A DNA stretch of 64,000 nt. It comes from Clostridiales bacterium (GTDB taxonomy: Bacteria; Bacillota; Clostridia; Saccharofermentanales; Saccharofermentanaceae). A model generated the notes under the pieces. The model had not been told where the DNA came from. It ran no database searches and saw only the letters and a program-made list of their open reading frames with translations. The stretch is taken from the NCBI GenBank assembly GCA_017513085.1, contig JAFWDK010000010.1, positions 288,001 through 352,000 of the forward strand, in the 5' to 3' direction. Position 1 is the stretch's first letter; each line of letters opens with the position of its first letter. Below are positions 38,489 to 49,100 of the stretch, in pieces. The position numbers and the translations under genes were made by a program.

Positions 38489-39625
38489 TTAATGATTCAG
38501 AATTTTGCATAAAGCAGCTACGAAATGGTCAATTTCCTCTTCCGTGTTATCAACGCCAATGCTGACTCGAATAGAACTCTTGGCGTCCTTTTCCGAAAGC
38601 CCGATCGATGTAAGTACATGTGAGGTTCCGGCGTCTTTTGAAGAGCAGGCAGCACCACCTGAGCATGCAAACCCTTCGTAGTTAAGAAGTAACAAAAGTT
38701 TTTCTCCGTCAACTCCTGGAAAAGTTAAGTTTACGATGCCCGGCAGCACCCGGGTTTCGTGTCCGTTTAAAATGACATTTGCAGATACCTTCCTCACCTT
38801 CTCTAAAAGAAGATCCCTAAGAAACCGGATACGCTTTTCCGTTGCTTCAATTTCAGAAACTGCAAGATCCAGTGCTTCAGCCATGCCATAGATAGCAGGA
38901 AGGTTTTCCGTTCCGGCACGTGAAGAACGTTCCTGGGCGCCGCCATAAATATACGGCAAGAGTTTTACGCCCTTACGGACATAAAGACCGCCGACACCTT
39001 TAGGTCCATAGAATTTATGCGCAGAAAAAGACATCAGGTCGACGCCGAGTTCGGAAACATTGACCGGAATCGTGCCGACCGCCTGAACTGCATCCGTATG
39101 AAAAAGAACTCCGTATTCGTGCGTGATCTCAGCGAGTTCCCGAATCGGTTCAAGCGTGCCGATTTCATTATTGCCTAACATGATCGATACTAAGGAAGTA
39201 TCCTTCGTCAGTGCTTTTTCCAACGAATCGGGAGAAACCAGACCATATCGATCGACAGGAAGATAGGAAACTTTATATCCTTCTTTTTCGAGCTGACGGC
39301 AAGAATTCAATACCGCGGGATGCTCAATCGCGGAGGTGATAATATGTCGTTTATCTGAACACGAAGCGGAGGCACTTCTCACCGCCCAGTTATCGGATTC
39401 TGTCCCGCCGGAAGTAAAAAACAACTCATCCGGAGAGCATCCGAGGCAGGCAGCGATTCTCTCGCGAGAATCTTCCAAGAGTCTTTTCGCACGCTGCCCT
39501 TCACGATGTATTGACGAAGGATTGCCATACTCTTCACATAAAACAAGACGCATGGCATCGAACACTTCGGGGCGGACTCTCGTCGTTGCCGCATTGTCCA
39601 GATACACACGCGTCTCATCTGACAT
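38489..39625 (-). CDS. iscS: Cysteine desulfurase (IscS/NifS-type)
   Basis: YLDNAATT, GNPSS, TSGGTE, EHPAV, SAHKFYGPKG, GAACSS. Confidence 0.9.
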   Translation of the reverse strand: MSDETRVYLDNAATTRVRPEVFDAMRLVLCEEYGNPSSIHREGQRAKRLLEDSRERIAACLGCSPDELFFTSGGTESDNWAVRSASASCSDKRHIITSAIEHPAVLNSCRQLEKEGYKVSYLPVDRYGLVSPDSLEKALTKDTSLVSIMLGNNEIGTLEPIRELAEITHEYGVLFHTDAVQAVGTIPVNVSELGVDLMSFSAHKFYGPKGVGGLYVRKGVKLLPYIYGGAQERSSRAGTENLPAIYGMAEALDLAVSEIEATEKRIRFLRDLLLEKVRKVSANVILNGHETRVLPGIVNLTFPGVDGEKLLLLLNYEGFACSGGAACSSKDAGTSHVLTSIGLSEKDAKSSIRVSIGVDNTEEEIDHFVAALCKILNH

Positions 39626-39681
39626 ATTATTACCTCGTGAACATTAAAGTAACGGTGTAAACCATCACTTAAATGTTACCA

Positions 39682-42600
39682 TTACTCGGTACGAAGTGCT
39701 ACTACCGGATCCTTCTTTGCTGCAGACCTGGACGGGATGATGCCGGCAATCAAAGTCAAGAGAATACTGATGGTGATCAGAATCAAAGCTGTAAGGATCG
39801 GCAGGACAGCAGTCAGATTATTGATACCTGTCAAAGAATGCACGATATAGTTGATCGGGATCAAAAGAATGTATGTGATAAGTACGCCCAGAAGACCGGA
39901 GGTGAATCCTATGATCACGGTCTCCGCATTAAACATACTGGATACATTCTTCTTCGAAGCACCAAGTGAACGAAGGATACCAATCTCTTTGGTACGTTCC
40001 TGAACGGAGATCAGTGTTATGACACCGATCATGATCGAGGAAACGATCAAAGATACTGCTACAAAAGCAATCAATACATATGTGATCGCGTTGATGATAG
40101 TGGTTACGGAAGACATCAGAATGCCAACATAGTCCGTGTACTTAAGCTTCTGGAGCTCCGGTACTGAATTATTGTATTCTTCGATGCAATCCACGATCGT
40201 ATCTTTATTCTCAAATGTGGCCGCATAAAGGCTGATACCGGCCGGCTGATCCAGATCCAGGCTGCCCAGGCGGATAAGATTATAGTCGTATGTAAAAGGA
40301 GAGAATTCGATCACTGTATCGTAGAAACCGGCACAGTAAGCATCATCGAAACCTTCTAAGGCATGAACCAGAGCCGCAGACAACTCTTTCGGAGTCTTCG
40401 AGCTGAGTTCTTTTTCCATATTCGCACTGTACTCAGCAAGATACTGTTCGCGAATTCCGGTTGCAAATGCTTCTTTCATATCCGCGTCGCTCATCTGGGC
40501 GATATAGCCATTGACAGTATCTGCATCCATACCCATTTCCTTGGTCATCTTCTCGATCATCATAGCTTCCATGGTGGCACGATCCATCTTGCTTAATGTC
40601 GTTTCTACATACTCTGTGATCATACTTTCAGACGGGATACTCATTACTTTAACGTAGATATCAGCCTTGCCTTGATCATCCAGGTCGTTTACATAGTTAC
40701 GGAAATAAGAAGCTTTGTCTGCTTCTGTCAAAGCAACCGTCTCATCTTTGAAACGAAGACCGGACGTAACATCAAACTTCGGACTTGCAAGCTGGGCCTT
40801 AATTGCATCAGAATCTTTGCTTGCGTTGATGATATATTCAGTCAGCATATGTGTATAACCAATCGTACCGTGATGGCTTGTGGATACAGCATCTTCGTTC
40901 GGGCGAACGATTCCTACGACCTTCAATTTCAGAGCATTATCGTAAAGATAATTCAGACCCTGTTCAGTAGTACGAAGATCAGTATAAAGACCGGTCGTGG
41001 CATCATAACTCCAGCAAGCAGAAGGTAATACGGAGCGGAACTCTAGATTGCAGATTTCTTCATAAGACCAGTGATGATCGGTATATTGCATAGTCTGCTT
41101 ATTCAAAGCAGCATTCATCATGTCTTTGATTTCCTGTTCGGTCTTCAAACCCAAGGCGTAAAGCGTATAGTCGTCAAGTTCATTGTTTTCATCAAGGAAG
41201 AGCAGGATCTCATCGTAGTTTTCCGGCCAACGTCCGTATACTACATCGTACTGTTTATGTGTCACCTGATTGGTGGAAGAACCATCTGATCCTGGAAGCA
41301 ATTCGCTCCAAAGAGACATCTGTGAACCCATGATCTGCGCTGTCTGGCTGTTCTGGGAAGTATTGCCCATATCAAAATTGAACATCGTCGAGGAAAACTG
41401 GGAGAACAGAGCACTCATTAGTTCTGTTGTATCAGAATGAATGATCTTTCCTTCCACATTCTTGGTGAAGATCTGAAGATTAAGATTATACGCATACTGG
41501 ACTCCGGAGAGCGCCTGTCCCATCTTGCTATCCGGATTGCTCTTCTGTTCTTCAATATACTTTTTGAACGAAGAAAGGTCATTCTCCTGCGTCTCCACAG
41601 CAATCAACGAATTGACCAGATCATAAAGCTTATATCTCTGATACACGGCATCTTTTTCATGATTTAGTTCAGCAGTATCATTGCCTACAAAAGTATTTAA
41701 AAGAGTGCTTAAATCAACGGTTTGTGCTTGGATCTGCAATGGATAAGCAGATATCGTATCTTCTTGAACTTCATTGATAAAGTTGTGTGTGCCCTGGGAT
41801 ACAGAATAGATCAATGCGATACCGATAATACCGATCGATCCTGCAAAAGAGGTCAGGATCGTTCTTCCTTTTTTGGTAAAAAGGTTTTTCAAAGAAAGTC
41901 CGAAGGAGGTAACAAAAGACATGGAAGGCTTCTTTTCGGACTTGGCTGCTTCTTTTTTCGCCTTCTTGTCCATCTTAGCCATATCCGCTGCAATCTTATC
42001 AGCCTTCTTCTGCTCTTCTTCCGTGAAAGGAGCCGTGTCACCTGTAATCTTACCGTCAAGCATTCTTACGATACGCGTAGAATACTTCTCCGCAAGTTCC
42101 GGGTTATGTGTGACCATGATGACAAGCTTGTCCTTGGACAGTTCTTTGAGAATATCCATTACCTGCACACTTGTTTCCGTATCAAGAGCACCTGTCGGCT
42201 CATCGGCAAGAATAATATCCGGATCATTTACAATAGCACGGGCAATCGCAACACGTTGCATCTGACCACCGCTCATTTCAGCAGGTTTTTTCTTGAGCTG
42301 ATCTCCCAGGCCGACTTTCTTAAGTGCTTCCGTAGCCTTTTGTTTACGCTCTTTTTTACTTACACCGGACAAGGAAAGCGCTAATTCCACATTTGAAAGA
42401 ACATTCTGATGCGGAATCAGATTATAGCTCTGAAACACGAATCCGATGGAATGGTTTCTATATGAATCCCAATCACGATCTTTATACTCTTTGGTAGATT
42501 TACCGTTAATGATCAAATCACCGGATGTATACTGATCAAGACCACCGATAATATTCAGCATGGTCGTTTTACCACATCCGGATTGTCCTAAGATCGAGAC

Positions 42601-42699
42601 AAACTCGTTATCACGAAATCCGAGATTAATTCCTTTCAAAGCCTCAACCGGATTTCCACCGGCCGGATAGATCTTTACAATGTCTTTTAATTCAAGCAT
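39682..42699 (-). CDS. MacB-like ABC transporter, fused ATPase and FtsX permease
   Basis: GQSGCGKTT, MSGGQMQR, ADEPTGALD, large extracytoplasmic domain, SVQERTKEIGILRSLGA, DPVVALRTE. Confidence 0.93.
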   Translation of the reverse strand: MLELKDIVKIYPAGGNPVEALKGINLGFRDNEFVSILGQSGCGKTTMLNIIGGLDQYTSGDLIINGKSTKEYKDRDWDSYRNHSIGFVFQSYNLIPHQNVLSNVELALSLSGVSKKERKQKATEALKKVGLGDQLKKKPAEMSGGQMQRVAIARAIVNDPDIILADEPTGALDTETSVQVMDILKELSKDKLVIMVTHNPELAEKYSTRIVRMLDGKITGDTAPFTEEEQKKADKIAADMAKMDKKAKKEAAKSEKKPSMSFVTSFGLSLKNLFTKKGRTILTSFAGSIGIIGIALIYSVSQGTHNFINEVQEDTISAYPLQIQAQTVDLSTLLNTFVGNDTAELNHEKDAVYQRYKLYDLVNSLIAVETQENDLSSFKKYIEEQKSNPDSKMGQALSGVQYAYNLNLQIFTKNVEGKIIHSDTTELMSALFSQFSSTMFNFDMGNTSQNSQTAQIMGSQMSLWSELLPGSDGSSTNQVTHKQYDVVYGRWPENYDEILLFLDENNELDDYTLYALGLKTEQEIKDMMNAALNKQTMQYTDHHWSYEEICNLEFRSVLPSACWSYDATTGLYTDLRTTEQGLNYLYDNALKLKVVGIVRPNEDAVSTSHHGTIGYTHMLTEYIINASKDSDAIKAQLASPKFDVTSGLRFKDETVALTEADKASYFRNYVNDLDDQGKADIYVKVMSIPSESMITEYVETTLSKMDRATMEAMMIEKMTKEMGMDADTVNGYIAQMSDADMKEAFATGIREQYLAEYSANMEKELSSKTPKELSAALVHALEGFDDAYCAGFYDTVIEFSPFTYDYNLIRLGSLDLDQPAGISLYAATFENKDTIVDCIEEYNNSVPELQKLKYTDYVGILMSSVTTIINAITYVLIAFVAVSLIVSSIMIGVITLISVQERTKEIGILRSLGASKKNVSSMFNAETVIIGFTSGLLGVLITYILLIPINYIVHSLTGINNLTAVLPILTALILITISILLTLIAGIIPSRSAAKKDPVVALRTE

Positions 42700-42736
42700 A
42701 TACTGTCTCCTGTCCTTCTTCTATATCGATATAGCC

Positions 42737-43195
42737 TTAGTTGTCATGTTTTTTGTTACAATCCTGTTGTTTCTCGACGGCGTCCACTACATCACGGATC
42801 TCGCGGCATGATTTGATAAAATCCTTTATTCTGTCAACTCCGAAATGCTCAACGATCGCGCCACCATAAAGCAGAATTTCTTTCTGCTTCTCGTAAAAAG
42901 CCTCTTTGCCCTGTTCAGTGATAGATACCAGAACACGCCGACCATCTTCGGGATCATTCTTTTTAGTGATCAATCCCTTATCCGACATCTTCTTCAAAAG
43001 CACTGCTACGCGAGCTGTGCTGACATTCATGTATTCACTGATCTCACCGGCAGATACTTCGTGTCCGGAACACATAAGAAATCCCAGCACATTGCCGATC
43101 CCCATCGACTGGATATCGATCTGCTGCACAAAAGACAACGGCTTTATACTGTTAAATTCTTTAAGTAAAGCGAGAACTTCCTGATCGGAAACCAT
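42737..43195 (-). CDS. MarR-family transcriptional regulator
   Basis: wHTH AGEISEYMNVSTARVAVLLKKM, DPEDGRR...ITEQG; GGAGG RBS. Confidence 0.9.
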   Translation of the reverse strand: MVSDQEVLALLKEFNSIKPLSFVQQIDIQSMGIGNVLGFLMCSGHEVSAGEISEYMNVSTARVAVLLKKMSDKGLITKKNDPEDGRRVLVSITEQGKEAFYEKQKEILLYGGAIVEHFGVDRIKDFIKSCREIRDVVDAVEKQQDCNKKHDN

Positions 43196-43211
43196 ACATC
43201 CTCCTAGATTG

Positions 43212-43254
43212 CTAACTGGGTTAGATTATATGATTTCATTATATTGAGTGTCAA
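43212..43254 (-). promoter_or_regulatory. marR promoter with putative palindromic operator
   Basis: TTGACA (43254-43249)-18-TATAAT (43230-43225); CTAAC-TGG-GTTAG palindrome (43212-43224) immediately downstream. Confidence 0.6.
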
Positions 43255-43333
43255 TTGTCAAATACACAAAATTATAAATACGTTTCGTGAATTATTTGTT
43301 ACTTCTAGTCATGAAAAAATAGGATGGAAACCG

Positions 43334-44683
43334 TTAACTCCTTGATTTATCGGCATCTTCGCCATTTTCACGATTGGATGATCTGTTTTTCAGATGATCC
43401 ATCCAATTACGGATCTGCTTCTCATAGCCTAAAGATCCTGGTTCATAATAAGTCGTTCCAACCATCTCATCCGGCAGGAACTGCATCTCTACATAATGTT
43501 CAGGGAAATCATGTGCATACTTATAGCCGACAGAATAACCCATATCCAGCATTCCTTTAGCCGGAGCATTCCGAAGATGCATCGGAACCTCGCCCGTACG
43601 CTTATTGGCAACATCAGCCAAAGCTTTATCAATAGCCATATATGCACTGTTTGACTTAGGACTGGTTGCAACGGTCACGACAGCCTCGGCAAGCAGAATT
43701 CTTGCTTCCGGCATGCCAACAGCCATTACTCCTTGATAAGCGGCCATAGCAACAAGTATTGCATTAGGATTCGCCATACCCACATCTTCAGAGGAGCAAA
43801 TCAAGATACGGCGAGCTAAAAACTCGATATCTTCACCACTATGAAGAGCTCTGGCCAAGTAAAAAATCGCTGCGTCAGGATCACTGCCACGCATAGACTT
43901 GATCATAGCACTGATATTATCATAATGGCTTTCCCCATCTGTATCAAAAGCAAGAGAACGCTTCTGCATGCAATCCTGCATGATTTCCTCATTAATGGTG
44001 ATCGTCCCCTTCTCATCAGGCGGCGTCGTGATATATGCCAGTTCTAAAGAACGTAAAGCAATACGGGCATCACCATTACAAAGGTCAGCAATGTAAGCCA
44101 GCGTCCGATCAGAAATTTCGATCGGTTCATTACCCAGGCCTCGCTCTTTATCCTGTAAAGCCTGTTTAAGAATGGCGATGATGTTTTCATCCGTCAAAGG
44201 TTTCAACGAAAGTACGGTCGATCTTGAGATCAGCGCTTTATTCACCTCAAAGAAAGGATTTTCTGTTGTAGCACCAATAAGGATCACTGTACCGTCTTCT
44301 ACATGAGGCAGCAACGCATCCTGTTGCATCTTATTGAATCTATGGATCTCATCAACAAAAAGCACTACTCTTCCGTTGGGTGTAAAAATCGGATTCTTAG
44401 CATCTTCCACGATCCTTTTGATATCTGAAACACCTGCTGTAACAGCATTGATCCTCTCGAATTTCGCAGAAGTCGTATGAGCAATCAATCTGGCTAATGC
44501 TGTTTTTCCGGTTCCCGGAGGGCCAAAAAGGATGATCGAAGACAGTCTGTCTGCCTCGATCATCCTTCTTAACATCTTTCCTTCGCCAAGGATATGTTCC
44601 TGGCCGATATATTCAGACAAAGAACGTGGCGCCATGCGAAAAGCTAAAGGTTCTCTCTTCTTATACTCTTCGCTAACGCTCAT
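43334..44683 (-). CDS. rarA: Replication-associated recombination protein A
   Basis: PLAFRMAP, GPPGTGKT, DEIHRFNK, GATTENP, KSMRGSDPDAA, SEDVG. Confidence 0.95.
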   Translation of the reverse strand: MSVSEEYKKREPLAFRMAPRSLSEYIGQEHILGEGKMLRRMIEADRLSSIILFGPPGTGKTALARLIAHTTSAKFERINAVTAGVSDIKRIVEDAKNPIFTPNGRVVLFVDEIHRFNKMQQDALLPHVEDGTVILIGATTENPFFEVNKALISRSTVLSLKPLTDENIIAILKQALQDKERGLGNEPIEISDRTLAYIADLCNGDARIALRSLELAYITTPPDEKGTITINEEIMQDCMQKRSLAFDTDGESHYDNISAMIKSMRGSDPDAAIFYLARALHSGEDIEFLARRILICSSEDVGMANPNAILVAMAAYQGVMAVGMPEARILLAEAVVTVATSPKSNSAYMAIDKALADVANKRTGEVPMHLRNAPAKGMLDMGYSVGYKYAHDFPEHYVEMQFLPDEMVGTTYYEPGSLGYEKQIRNWMDHLKNRSSNRENGEDADKSRS

Positions 44684-44708
44684 GTCTTATCTCCCGTCCG
44701 AAATAGGA

Positions 44709-45953
44709 TCAATACTTCATGTCCGGATAAAGCGGATACTTGGAAGTAAGCTGAGCAACAGCAGCTTTGATTTCTTCCTTAGATTCATCAAAGGAGAAAA
44801 TGGATTTAGCGATGCAATCAGCGATAATATCCATATCTTCTTCTTTCATACCACGAGCGGAAACTGCTGCAGTACCAACACGAACACCACTTGTGACGAA
44901 CGGCTTCTCAGGATCGAAAGGAATTGTATTCTTATTTGCTGTGATGTTCACATCGTCAAGACGAAGCTGCAATTCCTTACCTGTTACACCAGTTCCACGA
45001 AGGTCGATCAGCATCAGGTGATTCTCGGTGCCGCCGGAAACAAGATTAACGTTTCTCTTCAACAGGCCATCTGCCAAAGCTGCAGCGTTCTTAACGATCT
45101 GTCCCTGATAGGTACGGAACTCATCGCTGAGCGCTTCTTTAAAAGCAACTGCCTTTGCTGCGATGATGTGCATCAAAGGTCCACCCTGCTGACCCGGGAA
45201 TACAGCAGAATCGATTTTCTTAGCATATTCCTCTTTACACATGATAATACCACCACGTGGTCCGCGGAGTGTCTTATGCGTAGTAGTAGTAACAAAATCA
45301 GCATACGGAACCGGATTTGGATGCAGCCCTGCAGCAACAAGACCAGCAATGTGAGCCATATCCACAAAGAGATATGCACCAACAGCATCCGCGATTTCAC
45401 GGAACTTCTTGAAATCGATGATTCTAGGATATGCGGAAGCACCGGCAACAATTACCTTCGGCTTTACAGCTTTAGCCTGTTCCATGATCTTATCGTAATT
45501 TAATGTCTGAGTTTCAGGATCGACCTGATAAAACTCGGAATGATATGTACGACCGGAAACATTCAACTTCATACCATGTGTAAGGTGACCGCCGTGAGAA
45601 AGATCCATACCAAGGATCGTATCGCCCGGTTCAAGAATGGCAAAGTATACAGCTGTATTTGCCTGTGCACCGGAATGCGGCTGAACATTAACATGCTCTG
45701 CGCCAAAAAGCTTCTTTGCTCTTTCAATAGCCAGAGATTCTACGATATCCACATATTCGCATCCGCCGTAATATCTCTTTCCCGGATAACCTTCAGCGTA
45801 CTTGTTAGTCAACGGAGAACCTGCAGCTTCAAGAACTGCCTCTGTGACAAAGTTCTCAGAAGCAATCAACTCGATCTTATTGCGCTGACGCTCCACCTCT
45901 TGTGTTATTGCCTGAAAAACCTCAGGATCTTCAGCTTTAATATGCTCAAACAT
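44709..45953 (-). CDS. glyA: Serine hydroxymethyltransferase
   Basis: [34 protein letters not shown]. Confidence 0.97.
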   Translation of the reverse strand: MFEHIKAEDPEVFQAITQEVERQRNKIELIASENFVTEAVLEAAGSPLTNKYAEGYPGKRYYGGCEYVDIVESLAIERAKKLFGAEHVNVQPHSGAQANTAVYFAILEPGDTILGMDLSHGGHLTHGMKLNVSGRTYHSEFYQVDPETQTLNYDKIMEQAKAVKPKVIVAGASAYPRIIDFKKFREIADAVGAYLFVDMAHIAGLVAAGLHPNPVPYADFVTTTTHKTLRGPRGGIIMCKEEYAKKIDSAVFPGQQGGPLMHIIAAKAVAFKEALSDEFRTYQGQIVKNAAALADGLLKRNVNLVSGGTENHLMLIDLRGTGVTGKELQLRLDDVNITANKNTIPFDPEKPFVTSGVRVGTAAVSARGMKEEDMDIIADCIAKSIFSFDESKEEIKAAVAQLTSKYPLYPDMKY

Positions 45954-46062
45954 GGGATACCTCCAACATATGTATACAAATTACTATAATATGATAATCA
46001 AAATATCGGATTCAGTAAAGCCATTTCAAAAGAGAAAGTATACAAATTAATGAAATAAAAAG

Positions 46063-46116
46063 CAAAAAAATCCGCCTACTTGCAATCATCCATCAGGAAG
46101 AAACAAGTAGGCGGAT
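46063..46116 (-). terminator. Terminator after the LRR surface protein gene
   Basis: ATCCGCCTACTTG...CAAGTAGGCGGAT stem followed on the minus strand by TTTTTT. Confidence 0.8.
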
Positions 46117-46141
46117 AGAAATCAAATTAAGAATTCAGATA

Positions 46142-49100
46142 TCAGATCGTTCCCTGATCAATACCATACTTCTTACAGATGTTCGTGAACTCAGGTGTCT
46201 GAGAGAATGCCTTAAGCACTTCATAACGGCTTGTACCACTCTTCAACAAACCAACCCAATATTTGAATCCGGAAGCTTCAGGATCACGATCCATGAATGT
46301 CTTATAGAGTCTCGTTACATACTCTTCATCAGATGTACCGAGGTTCTTAAACTCTGTGGAATCGAAGAACTGCTTAGCAGCGGAAGAACCTGTCTGCTCA
46401 AGATTTGTCAGAGCGAGAGACCAGTACTTCAATCCGCCTGCTTCAGGATCTCTGCCGAGGCAGCAAGTATAAAGTCTGGTTGCAAAGTTTGTCGCATTCT
46501 TAGAAGCGATCTCGGACTTAGCATTCGGAGCACCGGACTTAACACCGTAACCTGCGCAGATATTACACCACTCAGTAGAATCGATGAAGTTCAAGATAAC
46601 GTCAAGACGTGTAGCTGTCTTATTCTGCAGTCTGCCGATCCAGTATCTCTTTCCGCCAGCCTCAGAAGGACGGCCGAAGAATGTCTGGTACAAAGTTTCA
46701 ACAAATGCATCATCAGAAAGACCACGGTTCTGGAACTCAGGAGTATCAACAAGGAATCCTCTTGCGCAATCCGCACCAGTCTTATTACCATTAGTTACTT
46801 CACGAACCCAGTATGCCTTACCGTTCGGATCAGACTGACGGTTGAGAGCTACTGTGTAGAGACGCTCAACGAAGTCAGCGATTGTTCCATCAGCCGGAAT
46901 AGGTGTAACCTTACCCGGAGCAGGTGTAACTGTAACAGTCGGCTTAGCTGTAATTGTTGGAGCATTACCATATGCTTCAGAACCCTTACAACCGGCAAAT
47001 GCCTGCGAACCAACAGATGCAGCTGCCGGATAGAGGACGTATGCATTGCTGCAGTTCATGAAAGCCTGAGCACCGATAGAAAGAACAGACTTTGGAACAA
47101 CTACATCCTGGATATAGATGTTACCCTTGAATGCGCCATTGCCAATAGCAATTACCTTCTTACCTTCAAGAGATTCAGGAATATTCACAGTTTTGCTGTA
47201 ACCGTAGAATTTTACGATTTCAACAGCATTTGCAACAGCTTCGGAATCTTTGATATTGTAGACGGTCTGGCATCCTTCAAATGCATTGTCAGCAATACTT
47301 GTTGTAGAGGCAATTCTTACTGTAAGAAGATTGATGCAATCCTGGAAAGCACCATTGCCGATAGACTTAACAGAACTCGGAACATGAACGGATCTTACAT
47401 TCTTGCTACGGTAAGTCTCATCATCGATCTTAACTACAGGCATATTAAAGATCTTCTCAGGAACATCAACTTCAGTATATGTTCCAAGATAAGAAATGAT
47501 AGTTACCTGATTGTTGTTTACTTTTACGCGATGCAAAGATCTGTTGCCTTCAAAAGCTTCAGAACTGATTGCTAAAAGACTGTCAGGAAGCTCTACAGCA
47601 ATAAGATTGCAGGAAGAGAAACAGCCTCTGCCAAGAGCAGTAACAGAACTTGGGATCTTAACATACTGCAGATTCTCACAGCCACCGAAGCAACCATCCG
47701 GAATCTGAGTAATAGTATCAGGAATAATAACATATTCCAAAGCTTTACATACACGGAAGGCATTTCTTCCTAATGTATCAAAACCTGTCGGGAAATCAAG
47801 ATTTTCAAGACTTACGCACTTTTCGAATGCTGCCTGGCCAACGGCAGTAACTTTATTCAGGTTAAGGCTCTTCAACAAAGAGCACTCTGCGAAACATCTA
47901 TCCGGAATAGCTGTAACACCGGAAGGAAAGCTTACGCTCTTAATCTCTTTACAACCGGAAAAAGCTTCGTCGCCAAGAAGTTCAAGGTTCTTGCTCAGGC
48001 TCAGAACACCATTCTGATGACAAAGAGCTGCGCAACCATAGAAAGCCTGCTTACGGATCGCTGTGATCTGGTTGCCCATTGTGACGGACTCGAGAGAGAT
48101 ACAATTATAGAAGCACTGAGCCGGAATAATAGTAACTTCTTCAGGAATAGCAATACTCTTGATTGAAGCACAACCGTAGAATGTTTCTTCGTAAATCTCA
48201 TCAATTCCATCCGGAATCGAGAAAGCCTTCAAAGCTGTACAATTCTTGAAAGCACCCTTACCGATCTTCTCAAGGCACTCAGGAGCAATAATGGATGTTG
48301 CACGAGAGCAAGCCGAGAAAGCATAGTCACCGATAACAGTAACAGTATCAGGGAGCTTACCACCACTGATGACAAGTTTTGCACACAGTGCGAAAGCGTA
48401 GTTACCGATCTTATCCAGTGCATTCTCATTAGTAGAAGAGAAATACAAAGTCTGGATGTTCTTACAACCATAGAATGTATATTCACCAATCGTAGGAACG
48501 TCAGGGATCAGGAACTCAGTGAATGATTCACAACCATAGAAAGCGGAAGGTCCGATACTAACTACTTTCTTTAAGATGTTATTCTTTTTGGATGCGATAT
48601 CAGAAAGCAGTTTACAATTCTTGAAGCAAGAATCACCAATACCAGTAAGAGAGTTTGCATCAATTGAAAGAGTTGTAAGTGTTTCGCAGTTGAGGAAGCA
48701 CTCTTTATCAAATGTACGCAAAGACTTTGTTTTTACAGTAAAAGTAGTCAATTCTTTACATTCAGCAAAAGCATTCTTGTAAATAATGAAAAGCTTCTCG
48801 CAAGTGGACGGAATAGTGAAAGTCTTAAGTTTTGTAGCACGGAATGCCTGAGCACCGATGCCCTCAAGTATACTTCCCTCGCTCAGTGTAACAGAAGAAA
48901 GCTGAGAACACTCATTAAACGCGTCATCGCCGATAGCAAATACATCATTCGGAATTTTAACGCTTGTAAGAGCCGAACAACTCTTGAAAGCACCACTATC
49001 AATAACTTCCAGTCCGGATGGGAATCTTACGCTTTCAAGCAAAATATTGTTTTCGAAAGCTGCTCTGTCAATCTGTGTAACAGAATCCGGAAGAGAAATC

